A DNA stretch of 37,238 nt from a virus (lineage: Duplodnaviria; Caudoviricetes): positions 1 to 37,238 of the IMG/VR virus record IMGVR_UViG_3300010366_000026. The stretch is one strand, 5' to 3'. Below are positions 35,112 through 37,238 of this stretch, one piece after another; positions within the stretch are counted from its first letter, which is position 1; each line of letters starts with the position of its first letter. The notes beneath the pieces are model-generated. The model had not been told where the DNA came from. It saw only the letters and a list, made by a program, of their open reading frames with translations, and did not search any database. Both the position numbers and the translations under genes were made by a program.

Positions 35112-37201
35112 CGCGCCAGCACATCGTTTGCGGCGCGATCGTTCAGCGCATCGCCGGTGCGCTGCCGGCCGGTGATCAGCGAGGTGGCGCCGGCCATCAG
35201 TGCATCGGTTCCTTTCCTGAACGCCTGGAACAGCTGCGGATTGCCGGCAATCAGCTGCCGGCCGCGCTGCACGATTCCCATGTCGTTAGACACCAGCATC
35301 TCACCGATATGCCGGGACACCTCCTGGCTGATGCGCTGGTTGCCGTAGCGCAGTGCGAACGCCACCGCGGCGCCCGCCGATATATGCGGAATACTGACGT
35401 CGCCCTCGGCCAGATAATCGCCGCCGGCCAGCAGCCCCAGCCCGGCCAGGTAGCGTGCGGTCTTTGAATTGCCGCTAACCGCTTTGCGCAGCAGGTCGAC
35501 CATGCCTTCACCGCGCAGCAGGGTCTCGAGCTCGTTGGCGCGCTGCGGTCCGAGCGCCTGGTGCAGTCGTTCCCTGGCCGGCGTGTTGTTGATGAAGTTG
35601 GCGTTCAGCACATCGCGGTTCCAGCCGCGGCTGCGGATCTGATCCGCAAGATTGCTGGCATAGCCGCGGGCGAACAGGTCGCGTTCCGGCCGCGACATCG
35701 CCGCGAAGGCCTGCCGCTGCGCCAGCTGCTCGGCCGGCGTCCCGGCCCGCGCATTGACGAAATTGTGCCCCGCCTCCAGCGCATCCTCAGCGCCGAAGGC
35801 ACCGGCTGCGCCACGCCTGGCAACCCGGAATTCCGGTACCAGCCGGTCGAGCTCGGCGAGCAGCTGCTTGTGCAGCGAGCCGATTGCCGACGCCGCATCC
35901 TTACTGCCGCCCTTGGCCGCCTCGGCCGCCATATCGCGCAGCTGCCGCTGCACGTAATCCCAGTACTGCATGTTAGGATAAACGGGCGAGCCGCCGCGGC
36001 GCTCGAAACGGAGCATGCCGTTCTCAAAACGCACAGTCGGATTGAACGCTCCGAACCCTTCCGCCGCTGCCCGGTCGCGGCCGCTGGTAACGGCGCGTTC
36101 CATGGCGCGCAGGAAGGCCGGCGATTCCGAGCTCAGCCTTTCGAGGGTCGGCGACCAGATGCCGTGCTCGCCGGCCGCATAGGCCGCCTGATAGGCCGGA
36201 TGATTGGCCGCCCTCGCGGCTGTCTGCAGCTGCTCGAGGTCATCCACAGCCCTTGCGCCGCCGCCGATATCGCGGACCCGGGCGGCAATACGGTTGCCCT
36301 GACCGAGCCACCGCGGCTGTATCAGGCCCTCAAGAGAAGCCCGCGCCTCCGGCGAGGCATCGGCAACCGCCCGCGCCAGAGACCTGGTGCGCTCACCGCC
36401 GAGGTCCGCCAGGCTCGTCTGCGTGCCCGCCTGTTGCAGCGCCGCCTGCTCGTCCGGCGTCAGCCCCGGTCCCCCGCGTGACCAGTCCCGCGACAGCGCA
36501 TCCGCAAGCCTCCGCTCGCCTTCTGCGCGCGGCTGCGTAAGCCCGCGCCAGGTGTTCACGACCTTGGTGCCGAGCGGCGATAAGGCATCAAGCGCCAACG
36601 ACCCGGCAGGACCGAGCACCGCACCGGTGCCGCCGCCGATCAGCCCCTGCGTCAGCGTATCCTGCGGACCCTCGCCGGCGCCGGCACCGGACGCCGCGCC
36701 GTAGAGCCCGGTACTCAGCGCCGCCTGCCCGGCCCGGCCGAGCACCGTTGCGGCGCGCGCCTCCGGCAATGCCAGCGTACCGACCGCGGCACCGCCAAAC
36801 TCACCGGTGCCGAACCAGTAGGGATGCTCGCGCTGCGCCGTTGCCTGCCGCGCACGCACCTCATCGCGCGCCTGCTCATATGTCTTCTGACGTTTTTCCG
36901 GATCGGCCTCGAGCGGCTTGGTGCCGCCGAATACAGTGCCGCCAAACCCCAGCCGCCCGCGGTTTACCTCGGCAGCTCCGGCGAGCTCGTCATACCAGTT
37001 GGCCGTCAGGCCTGCAGCACCGCCGCGCAGGAAAGCTTCAAACTCACTGGTTGCCGGTTTGCCGCTCGCCATCGGCATGTTCCGGAAGTTCGGCGACTTG
37101 GCGATTTCATCAACCGTCTTGTTCTGCTCCTCCGGCGACAACGAGAAAAACTTGTCTTCGACCGGAACGGCGCGCCCTTCGATGGTGATCGTCTGCGCCA
37201 T
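35108..37201 (-). CDS. DNA-ejection (internal virion) protein
   Basis: 697 aa, Ala/Gly-rich helical; RGGAAGLTANWYDEL..REHPYWFGTGEFGG..GNSKTA patterns typical of podoviral injection proteins. Confidence 0.7.
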   Translation of the reverse strand: MAQTITIEGRAVPVEDKFFSLSPEEQNKTVDEIAKSPNFRNMPMASGKPATSEFEAFLRGGAAGLTANWYDELAGAAEVNRGRLGFGGTVFGGTKPLEADPEKRQKTYEQARDEVRARQATAQREHPYWFGTGEFGGAAVGTLALPEARAATVLGRAGQAALSTGLYGAASGAGAGEGPQDTLTQGLIGGGTGAVLGPAGSLALDALSPLGTKVVNTWRGLTQPRAEGERRLADALSRDWSRGGPGLTPDEQAALQQAGTQTSLADLGGERTRSLARAVADASPEARASLEGLIQPRWLGQGNRIAARVRDIGGGARAVDDLEQLQTAARAANHPAYQAAYAAGEHGIWSPTLERLSSESPAFLRAMERAVTSGRDRAAAEGFGAFNPTVRFENGMLRFERRGGSPVYPNMQYWDYVQRQLRDMAAEAAKGGSKDAASAIGSLHKQLLAELDRLVPEFRVARRGAAGAFGAEDALEAGHNFVNARAGTPAEQLAQRQAFAAMSRPERDLFARGYASNLADQIRSRGWNRDVLNANFINNTPARERLHQALGPQRANELETLLRGEGMVDLLRKAVSGNSKTARYLAGLGLLAGGDYLAEGDVSIPHISAGAAVAFALRYGNQRISQEVSRHIGEMLVSNDMGIVQRGRQLIAGNPQLFQAFRKGTDALMAGATSLITGRQRTGDALNDRAANDVLAR

Positions 37202-37238
37202 TTATTGGCCCCACCTGATGCCGCCCGGCGTGACGTTC
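37202..37238 (-). CDS. 3' end of a gene entering the window (...NVTPGGIRWGQ*)
   Basis: Stop abuts the ATG of 35108..37201. Confidence 0.4.
   Translation of the reverse strand, partial: NVTPGGIRWGQ

Larger units (their letters stand above)
1..37238. mobile_element. Temperate P22-like phage genome (partial or permuted, non-integrated)
   Basis: Capsid, portal, terL, tail, cI/cro, int and attP-like site; no host genes. Confidence 0.9.

Noticed and set aside
1-37238. Window as a complete circle (ends join in frame into a 26-aa ORF)
   Set aside because: No terminal overlap; an in-frame join has a 1-in-3 chance; missing genes (lysin, other ejection proteins) suggest a gap

Overview
This window is most of the genome of a GC-rich temperate tailed phage with a podovirus (P22-like) virion, probably infecting an alphaproteobacterium (it encodes a GcrA-like protein). 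It appears non-integrated: a likely attP is intact and no host genes are seen. Layout: (i) a leftward morphogenesis operon (about 12750 to 1, apparently continuing 37238 to 33446) with scaffold, major capsid, adaptor, nozzle, collagen-like fibre, an AspH-type 2OG-Fe(II) hydroxylase, a GNAT and DNA-ejection proteins; (ii) a divergent rightward operon (12906-20945) with portal, a 573-aa HhH-glycosylase-like protein and large terminase; (iii) an early region (about 21900-33000) with a cro/cI switch, GcrA-like protein, stand-alone RNAP alpha-CTD, radical SAM enzyme, Gp157-like and SSB-like proteins, excisionase and tyrosine integrase; (iv) the attP-like region. No replication initiator, helicase, primase, polymerase, endolysin or small terminase is recognisable. 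The most striking unannotated signals are a ~650-nt densely structured non-coding region where replication genes are expected, a cluster of tiny protamine-like MARR peptides heading the capsid operon, and a distant third copy of the attP arm-type motif. All functional calls come from motifs and synteny read by eye; no searches or folding programs were run.
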